This document shows positions 9,079 to 19,323 of a stretch of 56,432 nt of DNA, in pieces. Made by a program: the position numbers and the translations under genes. The notes under the pieces are model-generated. The model saw only the letters and a list, made by a program, of their open reading frames with translations. It was not told the origin of the DNA and did not search any database. The stretch spans positions 1-56,432 of the forward strand of contig CBDURU010000009.1 in NCBI GenBank assembly GCA_965369865.1. Reading direction: 5' to 3'. This DNA is from an uncultured bacterium. GTDB lineage: Bacteria; JAJVIF01; JAPKYR01. Positions within the stretch are counted from its first letter, which is position 1. Every line of letters starts with the position of its first letter.

Positions 9079-9753
9079 ATGGGTATCCTCAATAAAAGAA
9101 GCCTTGCGGGGACTCTGGATAATATGAACCACGCGTTTTTTTATGGGAAGGCGATTTCTAAATCAGAAAAATCCGAAGCGGCGAAGTGGCTGGCTGATCG
9201 GCAGGGGATACCGCGATCGTACTCGGGGATGTTCGCGCCTACAGATTCCGATTACAAAAATGGAGTCAAGCTGTTCACCGGTGAAAAGATTACATCGGGC
9301 GCCGCGACCGGGCATATTCTCGGTGAGGAAACATGCAGGGCGTTAATTCTCCTTGGCGACAAACGTGCCGGGATCAGAAAAGCCCTTGCATCGGCACAGG
9401 ATGGGATTTTTAAGAGGATTTTCAACAGCCCGCGCAATGCAGGCACATACTGCTGCGGAACGTGTACGGATTCATGGTGGCGGCATCTGCTCGCTGATGG
9501 GTTTCAAAAGCACGAACAGGAAATAAAAGAGGGGATGAAGGATCTGAAAAAACATCGCGACGGGGAAGGCCGATGGCGGCGTTACCCGTTTTATTACACA
9601 CTCCTGGCACTCTCTGAAATCGATCTCCCGTCCGCGAGAAAAGAGATCGAGTACACAGCGCCTTTAATGGAACGAGCGTTGAGGAGGTCAAAATCCGATA
9701 AATATTCCCGTCGACGCCACGATCTGATGGTCAGAATCATGGAACAGATCTAA
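9079..9753 (+). CDS. Hypothetical basic alpha-helical protein
   Basis: GGGAG RBS; YCCGTC and GRWRRYPFYYTLLAL motifs; genome-like composition. Confidence 0.7.
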   Translation: MGILNKRSLAGTLDNMNHAFFYGKAISKSEKSEAAKWLADRQGIPRSYSGMFAPTDSDYKNGVKLFTGEKITSGAATGHILGEETCRALILLGDKRAGIRKALASAQDGIFKRIFNSPRNAGTYCCGTCTDSWWRHLLADGFQKHEQEIKEGMKDLKKHRDGEGRWRRYPFYYTLLALSEIDLPSARKEIEYTAPLMERALRRSKSDKYSRRRHDLMVRIMEQI

Positions 9754-9760
9754 TCCATCA

Positions 9761-10693
9761 ATGCCCGATAACTCCATATATGGAATTTCAAATGAAGTAC
9801 CGCTCCCCTGGTGGATAGAGCGAAATCCATGGCTCCAACACCTGATTTATAATCCTATTTTCCAGCGTTACATGCAGAAGATGTACAAACCTCCGGTCCT
9901 GAACGAGGTTAAAGGGCTAATTGCAGCGATTTTGTGTTTTATCGGGCTGCTCATTTATTACAAAGCGAATAGTGAAGATCCGGAAATCGGCCAGCAGTTG
10001 TTTGTTATGCTGTCATTAGTCCCATTCGGCTTACTGGCAGCGGTTGGATTTATCAGGGAGCTGGTTATCTGCATTGTATCAGCACCATTCCACATGCGGC
10101 AGGAAATCGGATCGCTCAGGATGAATGCTGTGCTGGCCACCCCCTTGTACGATTCGGAAATTTTCTTCAGCATCCCATACCAGGTATTGCTCCGATCATG
10201 GGCATCGCATGCGGGTACGATTGTGTTCTTCATAATTTTCTGTATTTCTACTTATTCTGTAGTCTTAATAAACGGCTGGGGTTATTTTGAACATTTCCGG
10301 AATCTGGAAGGCGAAGAGAGCACGATCCCTGCAAGGCTGGTTACTCTCGCTGTCCAATGCGCGCTTTTTTTGAATTTAGCCTGCCTTGCGGGGAGTATGT
10401 ATGGTGTGAGGTACGGCGTGCTACGGTCAATAGTTTTTACTGTTGCGCATGTGGGGATCGCGTTTTTGTTTACGCTCCTGTTCCACTATATATCAACTAT
10501 GATAGTTTCTGGCGATGCCGGTCCGTTGGATTTTTCGTGGCAGACAGTGGGGGTGGACGGGTTCAATACGCTTTTTCTATTGCTGGTTGTATGGCTTACA
10601 GGGCGTATCGGGGTGATGATATTTGCGCGTTACAGGCGTCCGGGATTTTTTGAGCCTGAGTATGCGAGCGCGTCGGGATTGCAATCGTATTGA
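9761..10693 (+). CDS. Multi-pass membrane protein (possibly ABC-2 permease-like)
   Basis: ~6 hydrophobic segments; QE....MNAVLATPL...EI resembles ABC-2 permease loops. Confidence 0.6.
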   Translation: MPDNSIYGISNEVPLPWWIERNPWLQHLIYNPIFQRYMQKMYKPPVLNEVKGLIAAILCFIGLLIYYKANSEDPEIGQQLFVMLSLVPFGLLAAVGFIRELVICIVSAPFHMRQEIGSLRMNAVLATPLYDSEIFFSIPYQVLLRSWASHAGTIVFFIIFCISTYSVVLINGWGYFEHFRNLEGEESTIPARLVTLAVQCALFLNLACLAGSMYGVRYGVLRSIVFTVAHVGIAFLFTLLFHYISTMIVSGDAGPLDFSWQTVGVDGFNTLFLLLVVWLTGRIGVMIFARYRRPGFFEPEYASASGLQSY

Positions 10694-10748
10694 ATCACGC
10701 GCAAGATGCGCATGCCACGGAAGATCATGTGCAGGATGTGCATGTTAC
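10694..10748. repeat. Two degenerate REP-like palindromes between convergent genes
   Basis: ATCACGCGCAAGATGCGCATGCCAC and ATCATGTGCAGGATGTGCATGTTAC, 30 nt apart. Confidence 0.6.
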
Positions 10749-10753
10749 AGAAT

Positions 10754-13264
10754 TTACTGCTCTACAAACGTGCCGAGGCGGTAGTGGATTTGCATGTAGC
10801 CGTCGATATCGGGTTCCGACCAGACGACATGCACGTACAGGTTGTCCTGATCGATCCACATCGCGGGGGTTGTGGACTGTGAGTTAAGGTCAACCTGGAT
10901 CGGGTCGGACCACTCACCGGATTCAGGATCGCGCCATTTTATGTGCGATGTACCATCGCTGGTGGCAATCAGCATAACAGGCGCGATGCCTGAGGGTAAT
11001 TCAACACATTGAATCGTTGGAAAGCTCAAATCCTGTGTCCCTGCGAAAGGAATCTCCCCGGCGCTAAAATCAGCGGGATCGCCGGATTCTGAGTCCATAT
11101 AGACGATTGAGTATTCAGGTGGGTCGCCTGAGGTCGACTTGAGGAACGCGAGATGCATTCCGCCATTTGAATCGAGCCATAGTGTCGGGTCATAACACCG
11201 GTTATATGGAGGTTCAGCCTGAGCTAGTATGAGAGGAATCGACCAGGTTTCAACCATGGGATCAAGATTGTGAACCATCAGAATCTGATCGGAGTCAAAG
11301 GGACCATTCTGGTAAGCGAGCCAGATTGTCCCTGCGGCATCCCGTTGAATCGAGGGTCCGGTGCTGAGTGCGGCCGGGTCTTCGGCAACCTGGAAATAAT
11401 TTCCTTTAAACCATGAATGTTCGTTCCATTGCCCGGACGCTTTCCCCATGGGTGAATTCTGCCACCAACCCCTGACCACCCAGATTCCGGTATAACCCGG
11501 AAACAGGTCGTAATCTTCAAAGCAAAGAGGATATTCATCGATTGAGAATATTACTTCGACACCATGGATACTCATTGATGTCTGCCAGCCCCAGTCATCA
11601 TCGGAATCCAGAGGACATCTGATCAGGTAATTGCACCAGAATGTTCCCCACCCGCCATCTTCTTCGTCGAACCAGAAATCAAGGGCATATGCGTCCCCGT
11701 TGCCATCGAGGGCCATCTTGGTTCCTTTAAGGCAGCCATCCCTGTCAGCGGTATCGACCGGCCAGGTGTCCAATGGGTTCCAGGTATTACCCTGGTCGTA
11801 ACTGATGCGGTCGACCGGGCGCGCATCCAGTTGATCAGGAACATTAGGACGGTTTTGCGCCCACGAAACGACGAGATTGCCTTGACCGTCCATGATCAAC
11901 CTGGGTGCTTCATTATTCCAGTCCTCGCCGCCGGAATCGCTGATCTGTTCGGCAGGATCAGGGAAGACCAGTGTCCATCCGCCACCACCTGAGATTTTAA
12001 CCTCGCCCATGAAATAACTCGCCAGGGGGCCTTCGGGATAAATGTAATTCTCACCGCCGACGATCTGTGGTATGTATGTGGTCGGATCAGCCGATTCAAT
12101 GCACCCAAGTACCCTGAACGTGCCGGGTTCAGTAAGGTTTAAATATCCCGGGCCAAGCTCCACATCAAAAACCGACGATGTTGTCTGCGATCCAGGTGAC
12201 GCGGTGGCGATCGGCAGGATATCTACGGGTGAAGACAAGACAGGCGACTCGATCCAGATCGCCGAGATTTCTCCGGGAACACCATCAGGGTTTGCGAGTC
12301 CCTGCCAATCGTAAATTTCTATTGAGAGCCGTACCGATCCGGCAGGTGTGCCTTCAATGTACGATGCATCGGTTTCGGAAGTATCCAGGACCGCATGGTA
12401 CGCTTCCTGGGTCTGGGCGTCGGGAGGGAAACTCTCGACCGGGTAGCCGGGCGCACCAGAGGGGTCGGGCATCGCCCAGCTTGCGTCTACCGCCAGGTTG
12501 AACTTATAAACCGGATTTCCATCCACCATGGGGAATTGGATTTTAAAATGCCTGGAATGCGGTACAAGGCTGTTGCTGAAGACACCCCTGGTTTCAGGTG
12601 GAAGATCAGCGACGTCAGAGTCAAGCGTCAGAACATCCGCGTAATACTTGTATGGGTTGAGTGTCGCGTTGGGAAATGGCAGGGTGCCTATGGCATAGGG
12701 TTTGTATGATAAAAGCGGCAGCGGGTCGGTGAATTCAGTTGCGTTCCACCAGCGCGTGTAGCCGTCCGGATTCAGCATATACATTTCGTTATTTTCTGAA
12801 GCTCCAAATCGAATATCAGGATCATGATCGCTTGTTTTAGTCCCGTCCGACATGAGAATGCAGCGTGTATCGAAAATTTTGTACATGTTAATTCCCGGGA
12901 AGGGATGGGTGATGGCTAAATCAATGTCGATGTAACCCGCGAAGAAATTAGTGCCCTGGAGGATTTTTATTGTGATGAGTTGAGTGGGACTGTAGGGTGG
13001 CGCGAGGAAGTGAGCGATATTCATGTTGAAATCCACCCCTCGCAAAGGTATTACCTCCACCGTGCCGTCGGAAGAGTCTACCTGAACCTCGTAAAATCCC
13101 AGCAAGACCCGGGACGAGCTGTTCTGTGCCCTGGAAATTTCGGACAGCGAGGGATCTTCGTTCGATGATGGAAGGTCGGGAACTGCCGTTGAATTATTCT
13201 GGCCGCTGCATCCGCATGCGAGAAGGAGGGTAAGGATAATAACCGAATAGACATTCTGCTTCAT
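10754..13264 (-). CDS. Lipoprotein: shared N-terminal domain plus BNR/sialidase-like beta-propeller
   Basis: LLLACGC lipobox; ITHP, FDTRCI, LNPDGYTRWWN, LNPYKYY, AVDASW, YDWQG; Asp-box SYDQGNTW. Confidence 0.8.
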   Translation of the reverse strand: MKQNVYSVIILTLLLACGCSGQNNSTAVPDLPSSNEDPSLSEISRAQNSSSRVLLGFYEVQVDSSDGTVEVIPLRGVDFNMNIAHFLAPPYSPTQLITIKILQGTNFFAGYIDIDLAITHPFPGINMYKIFDTRCILMSDGTKTSDHDPDIRFGASENNEMYMLNPDGYTRWWNATEFTDPLPLLSYKPYAIGTLPFPNATLNPYKYYADVLTLDSDVADLPPETRGVFSNSLVPHSRHFKIQFPMVDGNPVYKFNLAVDASWAMPDPSGAPGYPVESFPPDAQTQEAYHAVLDTSETDASYIEGTPAGSVRLSIEIYDWQGLANPDGVPGEISAIWIESPVLSSPVDILPIATASPGSQTTSSVFDVELGPGYLNLTEPGTFRVLGCIESADPTTYIPQIVGGENYIYPEGPLASYFMGEVKISGGGGWTLVFPDPAEQISDSGGEDWNNEAPRLIMDGQGNLVVSWAQNRPNVPDQLDARPVDRISYDQGNTWNPLDTWPVDTADRDGCLKGTKMALDGNGDAYALDFWFDEEDGGWGTFWCNYLIRCPLDSDDDWGWQTSMSIHGVEVIFSIDEYPLCFEDYDLFPGYTGIWVVRGWWQNSPMGKASGQWNEHSWFKGNYFQVAEDPAALSTGPSIQRDAAGTIWLAYQNGPFDSDQILMVHNLDPMVETWSIPLILAQAEPPYNRCYDPTLWLDSNGGMHLAFLKSTSGDPPEYSIVYMDSESGDPADFSAGEIPFAGTQDLSFPTIQCVELPSGIAPVMLIATSDGTSHIKWRDPESGEWSDPIQVDLNSQSTTPAMWIDQDNLYVHVVWSEPDIDGYMQIHYRLGTFVEQ

Positions 13265-13410
13265 TGCTGTCCTCCAGGAACCACAACTGTTAAAAGAACC
13301 GAGTATAAGAAGGCCGACCGATTGTAAATAAATATATTTTAAGTGGAATAATTACCTACTGATTACATTGGATATTTTATCGTATGCGGAGAGGATTGTA
13401 AAATTCCGGA

Positions 13411-13932
13411 TCATTGATTTTCCGGATGTGACAGGATTTTCTCGTAGAACACAACATCGAGCCAGCGGTCGAATTTATTGCCGACCTCCCTGAGAAGTCC
13501 TGTCTCCGTGTAACCCATTTTTTCAAATAATCTGATGCTGTCTTCGCTTTCCGTGCATATTATCGCCAGCAGGACATGAATGCCCTGTCGTTCAGCAAAA
13601 TTATGAATTTTGTCGAGTGCAAGTTCGCCGAGACCCTGGCCGGTATGGTCCGGGTGGATGTATACAGTCACCTCCGCGGTCTTACGGTATGCGTTTCGAT
13701 GTTTATACGGTCCGAGTATCGTGAATCCCGCGACAGTTTCATCCGCCTTGTGGGTGATTACAAATGATCCGTGACGCGGGTCGGTGAAGAAGATATTTCC
13801 ACGGAATTCGTCGCGGGATAACGCATGCTCATCGAAAGTGGAGGTTGTATTGAGGATGTAATGGTTGTAGATATTGAGCGTATCGGAGACGTGGGATTCG
13901 GTAAGGGGCTGGATGTGGTAGTTGGATGTCAT
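13411..13932 (-). CDS. GNAT N-acetyltransferase, phosphinothricin acetyltransferase-like
   Basis: IYNHYILNTTSTF, AYRKTAEVTVYI, GQGLG, VGNKFDRWLD. Confidence 0.9.
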   Translation of the reverse strand: MTSNYHIQPLTESHVSDTLNIYNHYILNTTSTFDEHALSRDEFRGNIFFTDPRHGSFVITHKADETVAGFTILGPYKHRNAYRKTAEVTVYIHPDHTGQGLGELALDKIHNFAERQGIHVLLAIICTESEDSIRLFEKMGYTETGLLREVGNKFDRWLDVVFYEKILSHPENQ

Positions 13933-14026
13933 TTTTGGTCAGGGGTATTTTAACATGAAATCCAACTGCAGGGTGCGGCGGGGATGCGGTGGGGATGCGG
14001 TGGGGAATATTTTTTAATATGCGAAT

Positions 14027-14059
14027 AAAAAACCCGGTGGAAATCTACCGGGTTTTTTT
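14027..14059. terminator. Bidirectional intrinsic terminator
   Basis: A6-CCCGGTGG-aaa-TCTACCGGG-T7 downstream of 14084..14908. Confidence 0.8.
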
Positions 14060-14083
14060 GTTTATCTTAACGGGTTACCGATG

Positions 14084-14908
14084 TCACTGGTAATCAAGCC
14101 AGAGGTCCATGGCGTCTATCGCGTCCGGTGACAGTAACATCATCATCAGTTTCATTTTAGCCATGTTCTCACACCTTTCTGACATGCGTTCCCTGATCTG
14201 GGTCTCGACCCTTTCACGCGTTTCATCGTCGAGTGCATCAAGCCACCCCATACCGCGACCATCCTGTCCCCGACCATCCTGGCCGCGTCCGTCCTGGAAA
14301 CGTTGACGCATTTCTTCTCTGCCGGGACCTGTTTCGGTAAGGATTTGTTCGCGCTGCTCGTCGGTAAGTATATCGACCGCCTGGTCGAGGATATCGGAGA
14401 GTTGTACCTTGATTTCCTCGGGATTGATCCGCTCGCGCGCCTCCTGCATGATGAGCCGGATGCTTTCAGGATCGGCGTCGATTCCAGCGAGAACTGAACG
14501 GAGCTGGTCCTCAAGACCCTCGTGAATCTGATCCCTGGTATCACTGAAATTGGCATTAACAATATCCTGGGCATCGTAGGCGAGCCGGATCATGACCTCG
14601 ACCTGATCGACTGTCAAATCGAGCCTGTTGATTCCCTCGATGAATTTTATCCGGGCCATCAGATGCCTGATATCCTCGTCCTGCATGAGGAACTGCATAC
14701 CGAGCATTCCCTGGGGACCGCGCTGCATCATTCCCGGACCGCCCATTCCCGGACCGGGACCCTGTCCGAATCCTGGTCCCTGACGATCCCGACCGAACCC
14801 AGGTGCGTTCTGGGCATATATTGCGCTTCCTAAAATCAGAAGGATTATGATCGCTGCCGTCGCGAGTATTCCCCAACGGGAGGTTTGCCTGCTGTTTGAT
14901 ATTTTCAC
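14084..14908 (-). CDS. Secreted Gly/Met/Arg-rich helical protein (Spy/CpxP-like)
   Basis: Signal peptide (AIYA-Q), GPGMGG low-complexity stretch, LDLTVDQ and ILTDEQRE (LTxxQ) motifs. Confidence 0.65.
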   Translation of the reverse strand: MKISNSRQTSRWGILATAAIIILLILGSAIYAQNAPGFGRDRQGPGFGQGPGPGMGGPGMMQRGPQGMLGMQFLMQDEDIRHLMARIKFIEGINRLDLTVDQVEVMIRLAYDAQDIVNANFSDTRDQIHEGLEDQLRSVLAGIDADPESIRLIMQEARERINPEEIKVQLSDILDQAVDILTDEQREQILTETGPGREEMRQRFQDGRGQDGRGQDGRGMGWLDALDDETRERVETQIRERMSERCENMAKMKLMMMLLSPDAIDAMDLWLDYQ

Positions 14909-15033
14909 TTTCTGGTACTCCTTGAATGCAAGATGTTTGAATCACTCCGTTTGACGGGAATTCCGGAAAAATGTTCCCATAATTAGAGAAAATTTGCAAC
15001 AGGTGTAACGAGTGATATACTTTCCGCTGGCAG

Positions 15034-15441
15034 ATGACGCCTGAACCTGAAAAAACCAGGCCGCGGAAACCGACCCCGCTGATAATTCGAACGTTATCGT
15101 TCGGGCTTATGATTTTTCTATGGTGGGTCATGACGATTGAACTTCCATGGAGAAACCTGTCGGCGATCGTCACACAACGGGGAGTTCAACGGGCATATCA
15201 CCCACTGTCGATCTGGGCATTCCAGTTGTCCGACAAGTGGGCCGGGTACCGCACACTGGCAGTGATCCTGATTGTCGCGGCCATGGTGCTCCATTATTTT
15301 TTATGGATAAGGTACCCAAAGTACGATGCGTACGGCAGATGGTTGTTCAGGGCCGGATTCCTGGTGTTGTATATTTTGCTCTACGCGTTTTTCTTCATAA
15401 TGTTCGTGGGCGCTGAATTACCCATCTGGATGGGATTATAG
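15034..15441 (+). CDS. Small membrane protein, hypothetical
   Basis: Three hydrophobic segments; directly upstream of nusB. Confidence 0.65.
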   Translation: MTPEPEKTRPRKPTPLIIRTLSFGLMIFLWWVMTIELPWRNLSAIVTQRGVQRAYHPLSIWAFQLSDKWAGYRTLAVILIVAAMVLHYFLWIRYPKYDAYGRWLFRAGFLVLYILLYAFFFIMFVGAELPIWMGL

Positions 15442-15470
15442 GTTTTGAATAGAAACGGAAATATCGAAAA

Positions 15471-15905
15471 ATGACTTCAAGGCGAAAAACCAGGGAATTA
15501 GCGCTAAGCTCGCTGTACGAAGCGGAGGTCGGCATTCATGAAATCGAGGAGGTCCTGGACAGGACCATTATAGAAATGGAGGTCGATGCGCCTGCCAGTG
15601 AATTTCTCAGGGACGCAGTGAGGCTTGTATGGTCGCACCGGGAAAAGGTTGATAAAATTATTGAGGAACTTGCGATCGGCTGGAAGGTGGACCGGATCGC
15701 GAGAATCGACCTGGTTATACTAAGGCTGGCGATACTTGAGCTGCTGATAGGGTTCGAAGATCCATTGATCCCCGATCCGATAGTGATTAACGAGGCTGTT
15801 GTCCTCGCCAAAAAGTTTTCCACCGAGGACAGCGGAAAGTTTGTGAACGGAATACTGGCAAGTGTTGTGAAGGATAAGGAGAAATTCAAAGGGAAACTGG
15901 AATAA
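15471..15905 (+). CDS. nusB: Transcription antitermination factor NusB
   Basis: RRKTRELAL..LY, W..DRIARID..ILRLA..EL, INEAV.LAKKFS..DSGKFVNGIL. Confidence 0.95.
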   Translation: MTSRRKTRELALSSLYEAEVGIHEIEEVLDRTIIEMEVDAPASEFLRDAVRLVWSHREKVDKIIEELAIGWKVDRIARIDLVILRLAILELLIGFEDPLIPDPIVINEAVVLAKKFSTEDSGKFVNGILASVVKDKEKFKGKLE

Positions 15906-15975
15906 CGGGCTGAGGACAATTCCATTAATTAAATATTGATTCGTATCAGGCCATTCCGTTGTTCAGGTTTCGGTT

Positions 15976-15999
15976 CACTCGCTGACGCTCGCGGCTCTG
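15976..15999 (-). repeat. Dispersed copy of the REP-like unit found at 27624-27741
   Basis: Minus strand AGAGCCGCGAGCGTCAGCGAGTG versus AGTACCGCGAACGTCAGTGAGTG. Confidence 0.6.
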
Positions 16000-16036
16000 A
16001 TACGGCTTTCTAAATAAGGTATAATCAAACTCTCGA

Positions 16037-16870
16037 ATGGCTGATCTGATCACAATCGGGCTTATCCAGAGGGAAATTACCCCTCACGATCCTGCGGGAA
16101 ATCTTCTCGCTACACTCGACACTCTCAGCCGTACTGCGGAACAGGATATCGACTTATTTATCCTGACAGAATTATGGTCGACAGGAATGGTCGATCCGAT
16201 CGATGAGTCGAGCAGCAACCTCGCGGCAAGTATCGACGGTCCTACAATTGTAGCCCTTAAAGAATTTTGCGTGGAACATCAAACACATCTTCTCGCCGGG
16301 ACATTCCCCCTTCTGGAAAATGGCCGCCTGACCAATACCGCACTTCTGATCGATCACACCGGTAAGATTATTCTACGTTACTCTAAAATCCACCTTTTCA
16401 GCCCGATGGGTGAAAATTCTATCTTCACGCCGGGTTCGGAATTAAAAGCATGCGATATAAATGGAATCGGGGTCGGGGTAATCATTTGCTACGATCTCAG
16501 GTTCCCGGGTATGGTCCGTCGCCTGGCACAGGCTGGATGTGAAATAATCCTGGTGCCGGCATTGTGGCCGGAAACAAGGATCGAAGGGTGGGAGTTGATG
16601 CTTCGCGCACGGGCATCGGAAAACCAGGTTTATGTGGTCGGCGCGAACGGGCTTCTCAGCCAGAACAACATGTTTTTTCCAGGACATTCGATGATCGTCG
16701 GGCCGATGGGAGAAGCGGTTAACACACCGGAGATGAGGGAAAGCGTAATAGTAAGGACAATTGATATCGGGAAATTACGGGAGATCAGGCGGCGGATATG
16801 CTACCTCGATGATGAACGTGAAATTCCCGAGGTAAACTGGGGCGTTACGGTGAACGAATCGGGGGGGTAG
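16037..16870 (+). CDS. Carbon-nitrogen hydrolase (nitrilase superfamily)
   Basis: Catalytic triad E (LTELW), K (YSKIHLF), C (ICYDLRFP); RARASENQ. Confidence 0.92.
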   Translation: MADLITIGLIQREITPHDPAGNLLATLDTLSRTAEQDIDLFILTELWSTGMVDPIDESSSNLAASIDGPTIVALKEFCVEHQTHLLAGTFPLLENGRLTNTALLIDHTGKIILRYSKIHLFSPMGENSIFTPGSELKACDINGIGVGVIICYDLRFPGMVRRLAQAGCEIILVPALWPETRIEGWELMLRARASENQVYVVGANGLLSQNNMFFPGHSMIVGPMGEAVNTPEMRESVIVRTIDIGKLREIRRRICYLDDEREIPEVNWGVTVNESGG

Positions 16871-16927
16871 CACGTCATATCTTTAACGCTTAAATAATCT
16901 ATCGGAATCCGGAGAAAGGAAAGTCAT

Positions 16928-17959
16928 ATGGCCGATCAAAATACCGATGTTGTAATCCCTCAGGCAGAAGTAGACGCATTCAAAAGAGATTTCGAAACCA
17001 TCTCCACGGAAGTCCATAAGGTGATAGTCGGACAGGACGAGGTTGTCAAGGCGACGCTGATCTCGATTCTCGCGGACGGACATGCCCTTCTTGAGGGTGT
17101 GCCGGGCCTCGGCAAAACCCTGTTGATATCCACACTCAGCCGGGTTCTCGATCTCCAGTTCTCGCGAATCCAGTTCACACCGGACCTGATGCCTGCGGAT
17201 ATTGTCGGGACAAACATCATTATGGAGAAAGCCGACGGGACGAAATATTTCGAGTTCCAGCGCGGACCGGTGTTTACAAACATTTTGCTCGCGGACGAGA
17301 TCAACCGCGCGACCCCGAAAACGCAGTCCGCCCTTTTGGAAGCCATGCAGGAACGCCATGTGACCCAGGCGGGTACGACTTACATTCTCGATAAACCTTT
17401 CTTCACACTCGCCACACAAAACCCTCTCGAAATGGAGGGAACATATCCACTGCCGGAAGCCCAGCTCGACCGTTTCCTATTCAAAATCATGGTTCCATTC
17501 CCGCCCGCGGATGAACTCGCGGAAATATTAATCCGCACGACCGGCACCCATGTACCAGACCCGCGTAAAGTTGTCGATGGGGTACGACTCCTCGAAATGA
17601 AATCACTCGTCAGGCAGGTTCCGATCGCACATCACGTCACACATTACGCGGTTCGGCTTGCGAACGCGACACATCCGGAAATCCCCGGTTGCCCATCGAT
17701 TGTCAAACAATTCGGGAGGATCGGGTGCAGCCCGAGAGGCGCCCAGACCCTGGTGCTCGCCGGAAAGGTCGAGGCGCTTCTGAACGGACGATTCAACGTG
17801 GCATTCGATGATATCCGAAAAGTCGCGATGCCCGCCCTGAGACACCGCATCATCATGAATTTCGAAGGCGAAGCCGAGGGGATCGAAACCGACGACATAG
17901 TCGCAGCCTGCATCAAGGAAGTACCGGTAAGAGAAAAAGGAAGCACGGTAGAAGTGTAA
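16928..17959 (+). CDS. MoxR family AAA+ ATPase
   Basis: LLEGVPGLGKT, RIQFTPDLMPAD, LADEINRATPKTQSALLEAM, ATQNPLEMEGTYPLPEAQLDRF. Confidence 0.95.
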   Translation: MADQNTDVVIPQAEVDAFKRDFETISTEVHKVIVGQDEVVKATLISILADGHALLEGVPGLGKTLLISTLSRVLDLQFSRIQFTPDLMPADIVGTNIIMEKADGTKYFEFQRGPVFTNILLADEINRATPKTQSALLEAMQERHVTQAGTTYILDKPFFTLATQNPLEMEGTYPLPEAQLDRFLFKIMVPFPPADELAEILIRTTGTHVPDPRKVVDGVRLLEMKSLVRQVPIAHHVTHYAVRLANATHPEIPGCPSIVKQFGRIGCSPRGAQTLVLAGKVEALLNGRFNVAFDDIRKVAMPALRHRIIMNFEGEAEGIETDDIVAACIKEVPVREKGSTVEV

Positions 17960-17994
17960 GACCAATCCTGTTATCCCATCACGCACCCTCCCTC

Positions 17995-19323
17995 CTAACC
18001 GCCATCCTCCTTCCTGAACACCGCTTTCGCTCTCTCAACAACAAGCCTGATATCAGAATCCCTGACGAACAGCGTGTCGCTGAATTTAAAACCGTAATTT
18101 TTAATGCAGTACCAAAGCGGGAATGCCATGAACAGGAAATGCGACACAAACGATCCCCAGGCGGCGCCGTACATTCCGAATTTGGGGATCAGCATCACGT
18201 TCATGATAATCTTGCAGACCATACAGATTGTCGAATAAATAACCAGGAACATCGGAAGGCCGCGCCTGAATAATTCCACTTTCAAGATCGTCTGTATCCC
18301 AAAAAACACAAGCCCGCCCAGGACAATCAGCAGCGGCCCGTAGCCCTGGATGAATTCCTCGCCGAAAATCCCGAGGAACCATACACCGATTATCGCAAAG
18401 ATCACCCAGAAGATCCTCATTATGAACCCGACCAGCCGCGCGAGGAGCATCGTGAATTCCCCTCGTTCATCGAGGCCGGAATCAACCGGTGCGCCTTCCT
18501 GCATGAGTTTCGGGAAAAGCAGCATCGAGAATACGAGCGGCAGGCTGATCAGTATGTCGCTTATCCAGACAACCTGCCTGTAAATTCCGGCTTCAGAGGT
18601 GCTTATGTAAGCGTTAAGGAACAACAGGTCGGTTTTGATGATCATAAAACCCATCAGTCCGGCGTAATAATTTTTCCAACTGTAGCGGACCAGATCCTTA
18701 AGCGCGTTCCAGTCGATTTTCAAACTGAACGGTTTCGTTTTCCATGCAAATCCGGAATTAATAATGCCCATTGCGAACGATGCGAATACCAGCAGCCAGA
18801 TAGTGGCCGCAATCCACATTGGCGGATCGGTGAGAATGTAGAGAATCACCAGGATTACCAGGCTCCCGAACCTGACCCCGAGTTCGATCACGTTATATTC
18901 GATAATTTTCTGGTGCACGAGAAGAAGGTTCTGTGAGTAAAGCGACACCATCAACGGAAGAATTGACAGGAGAATGATCGCGTAGAGGTTGAATTTTATT
19001 CCGCCAAGTATCCCGGGGAACACCAGTGCTGCGATTATGAAAATTACGTAGAGAAAAACAGACACAAAAATCCCGCATGAGATCAGGGTACCCGCGATTG
19101 TCGATGCCCTTGATTTATCGAGCCCTATAAAATAAACCGCGCCACGGTCCATTCCCAGGAAACCAAGCTGAGCCGCGATCACCAGAAACGCCTGGAGCGT
19201 CCCGACCACGCCGATACCTTCAGCTCCCAGTTTCCGGGCCATGAGAACATTCAACACGAAAGAGACAATGAGAATCCCGCCCTTGGCAATCAGCGTGAGT
19301 GTTGTCTGCTTGAAAAAACTCAT
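17995..19323 (-). CDS. Oligosaccharide flippase (Wzx-like)
   Basis: ~12 TMs, ARKLGAEGIG, LIPKFGMYGAA; glycan-cluster context. Confidence 0.85.
   Translation of the reverse strand: MSFFKQTTLTLIAKGGILIVSFVLNVLMARKLGAEGIGVVGTLQAFLVIAAQLGFLGMDRGAVYFIGLDKSRASTIAGTLISCGIFVSVFLYVIFIIAALVFPGILGGIKFNLYAIILLSILPLMVSLYSQNLLLVHQKIIEYNVIELGVRFGSLVILVILYILTDPPMWIAATIWLLVFASFAMGIINSGFAWKTKPFSLKIDWNALKDLVRYSWKNYYAGLMGFMIIKTDLLFLNAYISTSEAGIYRQVVWISDILISLPLVFSMLLFPKLMQEGAPVDSGLDERGEFTMLLARLVGFIMRIFWVIFAIIGVWFLGIFGEEFIQGYGPLLIVLGGLVFFGIQTILKVELFRRGLPMFLVIYSTICMVCKIIMNVMLIPKFGMYGAAWGSFVSHFLFMAFPLWYCIKNYGFKFSDTLFVRDSDIRLVVERAKAVFRKEDGG

Noticed and set aside
13971..14006. GGGGATGCGGT x3 G-rich microrepeat
   Set aside because: Short and degenerate; probably slippage, with nothing to support a function.
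16928..17959. MoxR without adjacent DUF58/VWA partners as a novel system
   Set aside because: Partners are often encoded elsewhere and the protein itself is canonical.
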